A stretch of 64,000 nt of DNA from Candidatus Bathyarchaeia archaeon (GTDB lineage Archaea > Thermoproteota > Bathyarchaeia > 40CM-2-53-6). The stretch is taken from contig JBEKVV010000001.1 in the NCBI GenBank assembly GCA_049513715.1, positions 288,001 through 352,000 on the forward strand, written 5' to 3'. The notes below the pieces were generated by a model. It searched no databases. It worked only from the letters and a program-made list of their open reading frames with translations, and was not told the DNA's origin. Every line of letters starts with the position of its first letter. The first letter of the stretch is position 1. Shown in pieces: positions 40,549 through 51,039 of this stretch. The position numbers and the translations under genes were made by a program.

Positions 40549-41492
40549 AGAAGATGCAACGGATCTGTATTCTCGCCATACTCGCCTTCTCACTGTTCGT
40601 TGTGCCGATGGGTGTGGTCAAGGGTCAAACATCGCACCTAACCGTCACAATGGCTGGCCAATCGCTAACTGCTGGATTCGACAACAATGTGACCGTAACT
40701 GTCCAGAACAATTTCTACGACGCAATCTACGATCTTGGGGTGGCAATTTCGGTACCCGCCCCGTTGAGCCTTCTAGGGGATAACCTTCGGCAATACAATC
40801 GCCTGACAATGGGCCAAGGTGTTGACCTCAACTTCCAGGTCTACGCCCCGACCTCCGCCATTGGGACTTCGTACGTGGGAACTCTGACCTTGACATACAA
40901 ACAGCTTGGGGATGTTTCGTACACAACCGAGACTCACGCCATGGGCATGTCAGTGCACGCCTGGATTAGTTTGATACTTTACGGGTTACAGCTGACTCCC
41001 TCTTTGACTGTGCCAGGGGGCAACGTGACGATTTCAGGCAACATTCTCAACAATGGGAATTTAGCCGCATACAGTGCAAACGTGAGTGTGACCTCTGATG
41101 CTGCGGCTCCCGGATCTTCGGCGAGTGTGTACATTGGTGAAGTGGATCCCAACATACCCCGACCATTCAGTGTGCTGGTTGTCTTCAAATCTGGGATTGC
41201 TCCAGGCAACTATACGATAGTGGTGACGGCCTCTGCGATTGATAATGGGCAGGCAAGTTCGCCATACGTTGTCCGCGGGGAGACTCTCGTACAGATCAGG
41301 CGTCCGACTCCCCAATTTACAGGTCGAGGTCAGGGGGCCGGTGGCCTAATTGCGATTCTCTTTCAGATTCTAAGTTACCTATACGGGGTCTTCTTCGGCT
41401 CCCCGAACATCGTTGCTCCAAGTGTCTTCTCGTACTTGCACTCGCAAACCTTAACCTCGGTCAATCTTGGAATACGGACCCTGAGGCCCTGA
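40545..41492 (+). CDS. Secreted Ig-fold / S-layer-domain (COG1361-like) protein
   Basis: Signal peptide, NNGNLAAY and YIGEVDP beta-sandwich motifs, C-terminal TM. Confidence 0.65.
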   Translation: MKKMQRICILAILAFSLFVVPMGVVKGQTSHLTVTMAGQSLTAGFDNNVTVTVQNNFYDAIYDLGVAISVPAPLSLLGDNLRQYNRLTMGQGVDLNFQVYAPTSAIGTSYVGTLTLTYKQLGDVSYTTETHAMGMSVHAWISLILYGLQLTPSLTVPGGNVTISGNILNNGNLAAYSANVSVTSDAAAPGSSASVYIGEVDPNIPRPFSVLVVFKSGIAPGNYTIVVTASAIDNGQASSPYVVRGETLVQIRRPTPQFTGRGQGAGGLIAILFQILSYLYGVFFGSPNIVAPSVFSYLHSQTLTSVNLGIRTLRP

Positions 41493-41632
41493 CTTAGCCG
41501 GGACTCCGAGACTCCAGCTTATAATAGATCACCTGTTATGCAAACTCAACGCTTGGCCTCGACACCTGTCAGCTCTGCGCATGCGTTCGAGGATCAGGAA
41601 TGTAGGTTACTACTCTGTGCATGCCCGTTTGC

Positions 41633-42889
41633 TTACTCGTATTTCAAGGCGACGACTGCGTTCATCCTAGAGGCGCGCCAAGCAGGGTAAAGGCCTGCTA
41701 TTGTTGCTAGGAGGATGGGGAAGGTCAACGAGAACACGATGAGTTCCGTTGAGAAAACTGGTTGAATTGTGTTTCCTCCGCCGCCTCCTCCGCCAAAACC
41801 GCGACCGCCTCCAAATAGAGTGGCTCCACCGAGCATTCCGCCCATCAAGAACGAAAGTATGTAGCCTAGAATCACTCCGCAGATGGCTCCGACAACTCCT
41901 GTTAACGCGGCCTCAGAGAGGAACATGCCCATTATTTGCTTCGGCCGGTAGCCTATGGCCTTTAGAATTCCAATTTCCCTTGTCCGCTCCATCACGGAAA
42001 CGTACATCGTGTTGACTATGCCCACAGTGGCTACAAACAACGATACGGCCCCGATGGCCCCCAAGAACACGGTGAGTTGTCCTGTGATTGATTGGATGCT
42101 TGATAGGATTTGCCCGGGGCTTATGACTCGAACATTACTTGAGTAGTAGGTCGTAATTGCATTCTGAACGTTGGTAACATCGTCCGTGTTGTCGACTATA
42201 ACGTAGATTCCTGAGAAGTATGGGCTCTTGGAGAGAAATTGTGCCGCTTGTAGTGATATGTACACGGTATCATCAATGTTCGAGAATAATGCTGTACCGT
42301 ACTGTCCGAGAATTCCGGTTGCCAGAGTCGCGTAGGATATGGCTCCTTTAGCTCCTTTAATGCCGGTAACGGACATTGAAATCATCTGATTGATGCTAAT
42401 GACTGTGCCAGATGTCGGGTTCGCGATTCCCCAGCCTACTACGGCGGATGTCGTATCGCCCAACAGAGGAATGCGCCCTTCAGCGATCGTCAACCCCTTG
42501 TACAGCGCCTGTAAAGCAGACAAATCTATCCCAACCATACTTGCTTGGAGTGAAGTTCCCCCTTGGTTGATTGATGCACCATAGCTGTAATACGGATATG
42601 CTGCGACCACTCCAGGTATTGTTTTGAGGTACGTGACATCAATTTGACCTAGCTGGTAAGTGTTTGACGCACCGGCCTCAAAGAATCCTCCTGCAGTTCG
42701 TACTGTGAGAACGTTAGCGCCTGTCTTCTCGATATTGCTGGAAATTCCAGCGTTTAGTCCGCTTGAGCTAGCGATCAAAGCGAGGATGATCGCCGACCCT
42801 ACCGCGATTCCAAGTATTGTCAGAACACTTCGCATCTTCCTGTCAATCAGTGCTCTGGAAGCGAGTTTGAACATGTCAACGATTTGCAT
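41633..42889 (-). CDS. ABC transporter permease, MacB/FtsX family
   Basis: RSVLTILGIAVG, SVMERTREIGILKAIG, YPAWRAS. Confidence 0.93.
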   Translation of the reverse strand: MQIVDMFKLASRALIDRKMRSVLTILGIAVGSAIILALIASSSGLNAGISSNIEKTGANVLTVRTAGGFFEAGASNTYQLGQIDVTYLKTIPGVVAAYPYYSYGASINQGGTSLQASMVGIDLSALQALYKGLTIAEGRIPLLGDTTSAVVGWGIANPTSGTVISINQMISMSVTGIKGAKGAISYATLATGILGQYGTALFSNIDDTVYISLQAAQFLSKSPYFSGIYVIVDNTDDVTNVQNAITTYYSSNVRVISPGQILSSIQSITGQLTVFLGAIGAVSLFVATVGIVNTMYVSVMERTREIGILKAIGYRPKQIMGMFLSEAALTGVVGAICGVILGYILSFLMGGMLGGATLFGGGRGFGGGGGGGNTIQPVFSTELIVFSLTFPILLATIAGLYPAWRASRMNAVVALKYE

Positions 42890-42894
42890 GAGTT

Positions 42895-43620
42895 CTACCT
42901 TTCCTGATAAGAGTCCAATCGTTGGAGGTATTCTTCCTTTTCGACTAGCCCATCTTTGAGCGAGATGACGTGCTGTGTCCTGTTGGCAATCTCCGCGTTA
43001 TGGGTGACCACTAGTATGGTTGTTCCAAATTCCTTGTTTACCTTGATGAACTGGTCCACCACTTCACTAGTCGTCTTCGAGTCCAAGTTGCCAGTGGGTT
43101 CGTCTGCGATTATTAAGGCCGGTTCTGTAACTAGGGCTCTGGCAATCGCTACTCGCTGTTGCTCTCCGCCACTGAGCTCGGCCGGTCGTTTGTTCGGTTT
43201 GTTTCCCAGGCCGACGGCACTAAGCATCTTCAGTGATTTGCTCTTTCGCACCTTCTCAGGCATGCCTCTGGAGATTAGTGGCATCTCGACGTTCTCGATC
43301 GATGAGAGTCTCTGAATCAAGTTAAAGGATTGGTACACGAAGCCCAGTTTCAGGTTTCGCAGGAGGGCCAGCTTATCCTCGCTCAGTTTTTTCAGATCGA
43401 TTCCGTCGATGATCACTTTGCCTGAGGATGCGGGGTCGAGGGCTCCCACCACGTTGAGGAGTGTGGATTTGCCGCTTCCTGACGGTCCCATTATGGCGAC
43501 AAATTCGCCTTTGTCTATTTTCAAGCTGACGCCTCTTAGCGCGGGGTAGTTCATGTGGCCCACGCGGTAGACCTTGGTCACATCTATGGTCTGAACAGCA
43601 GGCGTAGACTTACTGGGCAA
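42895..43620 (-). CDS. ABC transporter ATP-binding protein (LolD/MacB type)
   Basis: GPSGSGKS, LSGGEQQR, ADEPTGNLD. Confidence 0.95.
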   Translation of the reverse strand: MPSKSTPAVQTIDVTKVYRVGHMNYPALRGVSLKIDKGEFVAIMGPSGSGKSTLLNVVGALDPASSGKVIIDGIDLKKLSEDKLALLRNLKLGFVYQSFNLIQRLSSIENVEMPLISRGMPEKVRKSKSLKMLSAVGLGNKPNKRPAELSGGEQQRVAIARALVTEPALIIADEPTGNLDSKTTSEVVDQFIKVNKEFGTTILVVTHNAEIANRTQHVISLKDGLVEKEEYLQRLDSYQER

Positions 43621-43740
43621 TTGCTTCCAACTACAGTCTATAGTTTGGAGGGGTGAATTTAGGGGTTACGCCTAGGTTTTTCGTGTTGTTTGGAGCTGCG
43701 CCGGGTAGGGCAATGTTCTCTCTGTGTTTCCGTTTGAATT

Positions 43741-44182
43741 TCAAGTGCTAGTTCTCACCTGTCTGTTACGTTGCTGCTCCTGACTTCCCATTTGGCCACC
43801 GATGAATCCTGCTGCGATCGTGAGGACAGCCAACCACAGGACCGTTAGGTCGACGGTGCCAGGGCTATTCCTATCACTAGCGCCGGGACGGCTGCGATGA
43901 AGCCGACGAGAATCCCATGGAGGGTTCGTTCTATTGCGCCTTGCGCGATACGTGCATAGCAGACCAGACGGTCGCGAACATCACAATGATTGGTGTAGCC
44001 GAAGGGCCGACTTGGACCACGAACTTGGAGATGAGGGTTGAATCAAATTGCCCAGTCCTGATTGCAACCCCGACGGCGTATAGAGTCACCGCCAGGCAGA
44101 GGAAGATGAAAGCGAGGACGGGTGCAGCTATACCTGCGAGGACAACCCGGCGCCAATGAATCTTGGAGATGTCTAGCTTCAC
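43741..44182 (-). pseudogene. Frameshifted membrane protein
   Basis: ORF 44182-43931 continues in other frames as LHGILVGFIAAVPALVIGIA and GTVDLTVLWLAVLTIAAGFIGG. Confidence 0.55.
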
Positions 44183-44335
44183 GTTTACACCGGCAAACCT
44201 GGGTCATATCTTGTTGTCTTGGTGTTAATCGGTCTCGTAGCCCTCAGACAGTATCTCTCGATACCTAACCTGACTGTTTAGGGGACGAGGTCGGAGACCT
44301 AAGTAAGTGTCCACGCTGGCAGGTAGCGATCTGGA

Positions 44336-44875
44336 CTATCTTACTCGTTCTCCTCGAGGTCGGCTGGGGGGCTTCACGCCGAGGTTACGGGCAAGCTTCC
44401 GCACTTCATCATCCTCCATCCAATCAACTTTCAAGTACTCAAACAACTCCGTGTCCCCCATGCCGAGTCTGCGAGCCTCCTGCACGGCGTGCCTGTATGC
44501 CTCAAGTTCCGTCGGGCGGTCATGGTATTCGAACGTCTCATCGAAAAGCGGCTTGCCCGCTCTAAACTGTTTGACGTGCACGAGCTCATGGACTACGTCT
44601 AGGTACTTGCTTGTTCGATCCCCTTCTCTCAGGTAGTATGCGCTCACAATCAAGTGTCCGTCCTCGTCGCTCACGCCCATGTAACCGAACTTGGAGCTGA
44701 AAAATTCCACCTTCAGCTCTCTCAGCACTCTTTCGGTTTCCTGCCCGAATATTTCCCGGACAGCGGGCACGCTCTCGAATCCTTTGAAAAACTCTGTGAA
44801 ACCATGCATTGCAATTGGCACATTTTCGGGAATCTGAACATCTGGCAAAGCGAATTTCTTTGTCGGCTCCTTCAT
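44336..44875 (-). CDS. Putative HEXXH zinc metallopeptidase
   Basis: VHELVHVKQ with downstream ELEAY. Confidence 0.65.
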   Translation of the reverse strand: MKEPTKKFALPDVQIPENVPIAMHGFTEFFKGFESVPAVREIFGQETERVLRELKVEFFSSKFGYMGVSDEDGHLIVSAYYLREGDRTSKYLDVVHELVHVKQFRAGKPLFDETFEYHDRPTELEAYRHAVQEARRLGMGDTELFEYLKVDWMEDDEVRKLARNLGVKPPSRPRGERVR

Positions 44876-44976
44876 CACGAATTTCCCCACACTGATAGTG
44901 CAGTTCTGGAACACAAGTACTTGTTTCGCAATTTAAGGTCTAAACCTGCGCCCTACAACCCGTCGAGTGAAGTGGT

Positions 44977-46680
44977 CTAACCTTCGAAACCCTGTTTGAA
45001 AGTGGAAGGAAGTGCTGCCTTGAACCATTCGGGTATGAATGGCCACGTATCCTTGACCAGTGAAACGAAACTCCCGTCCACCACGTAAAACCTCGCGGTG
45101 TCGTCTTCGGCCCTAATGGCGCGGCCGTACGCTTGAATGACTTCAAGCATAGCTTGATTCACATACCATTGACGATGCCCTAGCTCAAGCCGCCTCTTCA
45201 CTCTCTTGTCCCCAATGTCCGCGAAGGGAACCTTGAGCAGAATTTGACAATCGCAGATGTCGTACTTCCAGTCTTGGCCCTCGTTGAAGGCGACTGAAAC
45301 GAAAACTTTTCCTCGTGACCGCATCCATTCTTGAAGTTTCTCCTCACGGTCCTTGCCCGTGTGAACAATTAGTCTACTCCTCAGGTTTCGTGACAGGTTT
45401 GCGACTAGTGCTCGTTGGTGCCTGTAGGAATGGCAGTGGATGGCCACGTTCCCGGTTTCTTTCCTGAGAATCTCCTCGATGGCAGCGACTGCCAATGGCA
45501 TGTTGTGATCCCATTGCTGCTTTGAGAGTAGCCCAACGGTCGAGTCAATTATGGGCCTATTCTCTACCGGGAACGTGCTTGGGGCGTCGAGGATTTCGAT
45601 TTCATCCTCCTTCAAGAAGTCGGTCAGCCCGTTGAGTTTTATGTACGCTTGTGGGTCCAGTATTGTTGCAGATGATATGAGATAGTATTCACCGCGCTTC
45701 CACACTAGGTCTTTCATGAATTCTCTTGCGAAAACAGGTTGGAGGAGGAGTTGATCGTTGCGAATCTCCCACACCCATTCTGAATTGGAGAACATGTAGA
45801 GGTGGTAGTTCTCAAGGAATCTCTCTATTACTTTCTTGTTCTCTGCTTCCACGATCGATAGGCCGTTCTGTTCGGTTTTGGTTTCGAGTCGTCCCAGTAT
45901 CAGCTTCAAGTAACCAGCGACATCAGCCAAGAGGACCTCCATCTCCCCCCTTCCATCCACGTTTTTCAAACTCGGGAGAAATTTGTGATAGATTTCATAC
46001 GGAACCGAGAAAGGTGTGAACTTCAAGGAAACGTGGTTGAGACATTGTTCTTCGAGGTTGTGAGATTCGTCTAGCACTAACAGGTCCCGTTTTCCAAGGT
46101 AGGTTTCACTTCCCTCCGTCGTGCCCTCGAAGATCATGTAAGCTAGGCTCATCAGGACACTGGGAGCTTGAAGGGCCAGCTGTTTCTGCATCCAATATGG
46201 GCAGACGTCAAAGCGTTCGCGACAAGGATAATCCTCTGTCTCACATTTACCGAGATGTACACCTCGCTGAGGGCTGTAGTAGCATCGGTAGTTCTGACGT
46301 CCCTTAATCTCAACAAAACGACCTCGTAGGTTGGGGTCTGCGAGTAGCTGGTCGATCAGCGCTAACTGGGGTGTTACGTAGAACGATCTCGTGACTGAAG
46401 TAAACGCAGCGTTGAGATAGCTCTTGCCGAAGCCGGTCGGTGCAGTCACAATCACGCATTTCTTGCCAGACTGAAATGCCTGAACTGTCCCACGAATGAG
46501 GGCCTTCTGATACTGTCTCATGGTTGTGCTTGGAAAATGATCCAACACAACTTCGTCTGTGAGGTCCGAGGGTGACAAAGTCAACTGTTCAAACCTACTT
46601 GCTGCAATCGGGGCGCATCCCGAGCAAACATGCCGATGGGAAGAAATGTAAGCGCCGCATTTCGAACAAAAATCAACCAT
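44977..46680 (-). CDS. DinG/XPD-family SF2 helicase with N-terminal Zn-ribbon
   Basis: APTGFGKS, KGRQNYRC plus Cys cluster, DESH, SATI, KVPF, QAYGRAIR. Confidence 0.88.
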   Translation of the reverse strand: MVDFCSKCGAYISSHRHVCSGCAPIAASRFEQLTLSPSDLTDEVVLDHFPSTTMRQYQKALIRGTVQAFQSGKKCVIVTAPTGFGKSYLNAAFTSVTRSFYVTPQLALIDQLLADPNLRGRFVEIKGRQNYRCYYSPQRGVHLGKCETEDYPCRERFDVCPYWMQKQLALQAPSVLMSLAYMIFEGTTEGSETYLGKRDLLVLDESHNLEEQCLNHVSLKFTPFSVPYEIYHKFLPSLKNVDGRGEMEVLLADVAGYLKLILGRLETKTEQNGLSIVEAENKKVIERFLENYHLYMFSNSEWVWEIRNDQLLLQPVFAREFMKDLVWKRGEYYLISSATILDPQAYIKLNGLTDFLKEDEIEILDAPSTFPVENRPIIDSTVGLLSKQQWDHNMPLAVAAIEEILRKETGNVAIHCHSYRHQRALVANLSRNLRSRLIVHTGKDREEKLQEWMRSRGKVFVSVAFNEGQDWKYDICDCQILLKVPFADIGDKRVKRRLELGHRQWYVNQAMLEVIQAYGRAIRAEDDTARFYVVDGSFVSLVKDTWPFIPEWFKAALPSTFKQGFEG

Positions 46681-46882
46681 TCAAAACACCAAATGCAGCG
46701 CAGGACGTACGCATGAAAATGCCGGCGCACAGTTCGAAGCATAAAGTTAGATAATAGTTTTGAAGGTCGCCGTAGGAAATCGATGCAAGAACAACTGTTT
46801 CGTGCGGACGGCTTTGTTACGCCAAACGATGCCTGATTTAGGCCATGGAGGAAGCAGAGGGGCACTCAGTGTTCCGTTTCGG

Positions 46883-47566
46883 TCACGGTGTTGAGGCCTT
46901 CGGACTATGAACCATAACGCCAGTTGAAGGTTTCCCAAAGTACTTGTAAAGCCAGTACGGAACGATCGTCAAGTCCATCACAAGCATCATGACCACCATA
47001 ACCAATCCCGCCTCCGTTTGCTCGGGTGAAGGGTAGACAGGGTACACGTACATCGTGGTGAAGAGCAGGAAAGCGCCGAATATGCCCATGGCCTTGCCGG
47101 GGACAAGAAGAAGCACATGCCGCATTCTCACAGTCAAGAGACTAGCCCCAATGAACATCAGGGAACCAACCACTGTGAATGTGAAGTGCATCACGATATG
47201 TACCTGATCGTTCAATACGGCGGCGTCGAAGTTAACGGGAATATGCCAGTATGCGGTCAACAGTCCCGCGATAACAAACGTGACGAATCCGCGTTTGTTT
47301 ATGGAAGCGTTGGCCTTCAGCAGCTTCGAGTACGCTGCCGTTAGCGTGCTGGAGAATTTGGAGGAGCCGAGAAGGACCAAGTCTACCCCAGAGGCAATCA
47401 AGAAGCCGCCAGCCAGATAGAAGAAATGCTGGACCACCATGTGCAAGGTCAAAGTCGAATCTAACGATTCCCCGAACGGAGTTAACATGCTCAGGATGCA
47501 GAGCATTCCTAACGAGGCTCTGAGCGCTCCCCGTTTGATGGTATTCAGAGCGTATTGAGAACTCAT
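46883..47566 (-). CDS. CtaG-like (caa3 assembly) / DUF1404 membrane protein
   Basis: HMVVQH, YWHIPVNFDAA, HIVMH, GLVM. Confidence 0.7.
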   Translation of the reverse strand: MSSQYALNTIKRGALRASLGMLCILSMLTPFGESLDSTLTLHMVVQHFFYLAGGFLIASGVDLVLLGSSKFSSTLTAAYSKLLKANASINKRGFVTFVIAGLLTAYWHIPVNFDAAVLNDQVHIVMHFTFTVVGSLMFIGASLLTVRMRHVLLLVPGKAMGIFGAFLLFTTMYVYPVYPSPEQTEAGLVMVVMMLVMDLTIVPYWLYKYFGKPSTGVMVHSPKASTP

Positions 47567-47788
47567 AGATGGTCCCACGGGTTTGCACAGGTGCGCGCTG
47601 CAGTTTTCCGCCGGCCTATTAAGCGCACTTCTGTCGCCAGCCAAGTGCAAAGCCAAAATTGGTGACGCCTGCCGTTGATTTCATTCGCTCAACTTGTTTG
47701 GCCTCGCCCGTTTGGGAGCGGGTGAGGATGATTCGTCCATTCCAATTAAATACTAACTACGAGGCGTAGTTTTCCTTAAGCTCGGGTT

Positions 47789-48100
47789 ATGGGTATGTTT
47801 CGGGCATTCCAGAATTCTGAAACGGGGGATTCCGACGTTCAGCTGCCTCTCGTCGGGTTATACTCGTGTCTTTACTGCGAGAGACGCTTTAGCATTAAAC
47901 ATGGACTCAAGCAGCATTATCGCAAGAGACACAGAAGTTGCATGCCTGATTATGAGGGAGCGAAGACTGTGCTTGTTAGGAGTGCGACTCGGGCCAGGGA
48001 CGCTGTTGAGCGAATAGCCACACGCTGTTCCGATGTGCCCAGTTCGACCAGCCAATTGATCGTCCTATTCATCCTAGTGCTGATTTGTTACGGAACATAG
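47789..48100 (+). CDS. C2H2 zinc-finger protein
   Basis: YSCLYCERRFSIKHGLKQHYRKRH. Confidence 0.55.
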   Translation: MGMFRAFQNSETGDSDVQLPLVGLYSCLYCERRFSIKHGLKQHYRKRHRSCMPDYEGAKTVLVRSATRARDAVERIATRCSDVPSSTSQLIVLFILVLICYGT

Positions 48101-48164
48101 CATCTTTGCAACGTATGTTTGGCAGCGTTGTGCGACGTATGATTAGAAATATGCATTCACTTTC

Positions 48165-49442
48165 CTAATTGGGCTTATTTAGCGCAGACTTCTTTGTGCG
48201 AGCTCTCATTATCGTGACAGTCGCTAAGGCAACTGCGAGTGTAACGACTAACAGCAAGCCTATCCAAAGTTCAAGTGTGCTTTCAGTCAACGGTGTTGGT
48301 TGATTCGTTGTCTGGATGTTTGTGAGGCCGCTTGTCGTTGTCTCCGTGCCTACAGAATAAGCGTTTTCTGGAACAGTTATTGAGATAGATTTGGTTGTCG
48401 TCAATCCATCGCTTTGTAAGGCTTTGATGAGGATAAGATAGGTGCCCGGTTTGGCGTAGGCGTGCGTTGCGGGGAATCCGTGGTCTGAAGACGTGTCGTC
48501 CCCCCAATTCCAATTTACATTGCTTATGGTTGCACTTTGGTTCCCCGGGATTGCGACGCCTTCGATTCTTACTGTGAGATTGTCGGCGAATATTTTCCTT
48601 GCGAAGAATATGATTTCTGGAGATTCAAATAGAGTGCTTTGTTTCTTGATGTAGTAGTTCTCGGAACCGTTCAATGTGACGGTCATATCTTGGCCTTGTG
48701 TCTGAGAGATTAGGCCGTATACTTCGACGTGGTCCCCCAAAGTGATGTTGTAATCCACGAATCCAGGGGGATAATTCGGTGTGTAGGAAATAGCGAATAG
48801 CTGGACCTTCACGGTGACGTTTCTAATGTCCGGTCCGAAATAGATCTGGTCAACCTGTACGTCCCAGGCATAAACTCCTCCTACAGGGTAAAGGTATGTT
48901 CTGACTACTTTGCCATTGAACCTGACTTCTTCGATCGTACTCGTGTTGAAGGAGTACGTTCTTGTGAGGGTGAAAGGTGTCTTCTCGACCACCTCGAACG
49001 GAGCGGTTTCTGTGACGGCCCTTGACCCTTGTTGGGCTATGGTCTCTATTTTCCAAGCTCCAATTGGGTATTCAGCGTCAACATAATCCACGAAAGTTCC
49101 AGCGCTCATTGGGGCAACCATTCGATTCCAAACCGAGCCGTTGGGTGTTATCAGATTAAGTGTGAATGAGCAATTTTGACTCACATAGACATAGAATTTG
49201 ATCTGTTCCCCAACGGGGTAAGTTCCAATCGAGACGTTTTGTCCCCGACCAGCAGTGTCGGTGTAAATGTCAACCGCAAGCCCCCTGGACGAAGTTGAAT
49301 TCATTGAATCAGCGCGGACCTGAAGGTGGTTCATTTCGACCAAGACAGGAGAAGACAGTGTATTGACGAGGGTATTGTTGCTAGCAAAGCTCAGCAGGCT
49401 AACGACAAGAATCAGAATGTAGATGAACGATTTCGGAAGCAT
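48165..49442 (-). CDS. Secreted PKD-domain protein with C-terminal anchor
   Basis: WNWGD...HAYAKPGTY PKD motif, Thr-rich linker, TM. Confidence 0.8.
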   Translation of the reverse strand: MLPKSFIYILILVVSLLSFASNNTLVNTLSSPVLVEMNHLQVRADSMNSTSSRGLAVDIYTDTAGRGQNVSIGTYPVGEQIKFYVYVSQNCSFTLNLITPNGSVWNRMVAPMSAGTFVDYVDAEYPIGAWKIETIAQQGSRAVTETAPFEVVEKTPFTLTRTYSFNTSTIEEVRFNGKVVRTYLYPVGGVYAWDVQVDQIYFGPDIRNVTVKVQLFAISYTPNYPPGFVDYNITLGDHVEVYGLISQTQGQDMTVTLNGSENYYIKKQSTLFESPEIIFFARKIFADNLTVRIEGVAIPGNQSATISNVNWNWGDDTSSDHGFPATHAYAKPGTYLILIKALQSDGLTTTKSISITVPENAYSVGTETTTSGLTNIQTTNQPTPLTESTLELWIGLLLVVTLAVALATVTIMRARTKKSALNKPN

Positions 49443-49743
49443 TCTCCCGGCAACATTGGGATTCAAAGGACAACCACTAACGTTCTGAGAGTGCAATTGC
49501 AAATTCCGTGTTCTTAGAGGTTGTTGCCATTTCCGGCTTTACATTGTCTAGTTATGGCGTCAACGGCAACTACGTGTAGCCTTCGGAATTATATTGTGCT
49601 AGCGGACTATGGACATGGGGGTGGGCCGCTATGATTTCTAGGCTACAAGAACTCCCGAGTGCACCCGAAGGCGGACCCCAAGCGGCGCCGGTTGTTTTCT
49701 TACATCAAGCAAATGCCGCGCACGGTCTCAGCAATACCTCACA

Positions 49744-50160
49744 CTAGTAGAACGAGTCGTTGTTTTCTCGCAGCTGGTCAGGTATCACTTCGTGTGGAAT
49801 TTTGTCGCCGTGGTTGTTGAAGGCTGCGATGTCATTGTATGATTGGAATGGGTGCGCTGTGATCACCATTACTCGACCATAGAAGTGGTTCAAGTCGTGG
49901 ATAGATGGTTGGAGGGCGCCGGAGGGATGCGAATGCGAAACGCCCATCACACTGAGATCCATTGGGAGCATAAAGTTCGAGAAACCCGAGAATCCACGCC
50001 CATGCGTAGCCAGGGGAGGAATCAAAACCTCGTGGATCGATATCTGGTCTTTCTCCGCTTTTCCGCGTAAGAGAAGAATCGTCTCTCTCGGGTACATATC
50101 AAGTGCAGAGGTGAGAATACTGTCAGCTACTGACTTTTCGAGTCGAACAAGACTAATCAT
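49744..50160 (-). CDS. JAMM/MPN+ metalloprotease
   Basis: YPRE...HSHPSG...PSIHD (E-HxH-S-D motif). Confidence 0.88.
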   Translation of the reverse strand: MISLVRLEKSVADSILTSALDMYPRETILLLRGKAEKDQISIHEVLIPPLATHGRGFSGFSNFMLPMDLSVMGVSHSHPSGALQPSIHDLNHFYGRVMVITAHPFQSYNDIAAFNNHGDKIPHEVIPDQLRENNDSFY

Positions 50161-50721
50161 AGTAATCGCTTTTCGATACGATTGTTTCGGGTCTATGTTT
50201 TGCTTCTGCTCGTGCGGAGCAGTCTGCGCACAAATTCCTTTGGACTGCAAAATGTCGCGGGCGAAAGCACATCGACTAACAATTTTGACCGGGGTGTATG
50301 TTTCAAGTCTGCAACAACAGTTAAGGGGATTTCACGTTTGCTTTAACGTTGGGCATTATCCCCGACCCCAATTCAGTTCTTGGTGTGTTGTATCACGAAA
50401 GCAGCATCTTGTAGATGTGGAAGATAAAGAACTCGGATGGCTCAAAGTCAGATGCCGGCACTTTGGCTGAGCTAAGGACGTAAACCAAGAAAATTCGGAT
50501 ACTCGAATAGGTAGTTCGTATGCACATTTCAAGCGGTATGTGGCTCATGCCAACCAAGCATCCATTACATGGGCGAGTTGCCAACCTGATAGCAAATTCC
50601 TCCGGATAATCTCCAACCGGAACTGCGATTAGGGCCGACGCATATTGTGTATTTGCCGGTTTGATGGATAACCATCGAAACAACGGAAAACACAGGCCGC
50701 ACTGATTTCGACGGAATTCTA

Positions 50722-51039
50722 GTGGCAACGGTAGAGGAGACTATTGCGGCCGTCCTCGGTAGGTCTGTCTCGGAAGCATTCACAAACCACTTGCAGGCTT
50801 TCATAGGGATCTCTATAGATGAAATGCCCTCACATCTTGGTGCCCTCTTTGAGTCATTAAATGGGTCGTTTGGAATAGGTGGAAATACCCTTGGAAGGTC
50901 AATTGTAAGAAACCTTTACCGCAAATACAGTGTGCAATTCACGGAGACTACGGGGCGGACACTAGCAGAATACGTTGAAGATCTGAAGAGTAGACTATGG
51001 GATGGCCGGATGCCCAGTTCGAGTGGGAATCCAGCTTGA
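50722..51039 (+). CDS. NitrOD5/DUF3227-like small protein
   Basis: VEETIAAVLG...LNGSFGIGGNTLGRSIVRNLYRK; similar pattern to 35185-35625. Confidence 0.55.
   Translation: MATVEETIAAVLGRSVSEAFTNHLQAFIGISIDEMPSHLGALFESLNGSFGIGGNTLGRSIVRNLYRKYSVQFTETTGRTLAEYVEDLKSRLWDGRMPSSSGNPA

Noticed and set aside
43931..43933. Pyrrolysine readthrough of the TAG
   Set aside because: The hydrophobic continuation lies in other frames, indicating frameshifts rather than readthrough
44977..46680. CasDinG / type IV CRISPR helicase
   Set aside because: No csf/cas genes or array nearby
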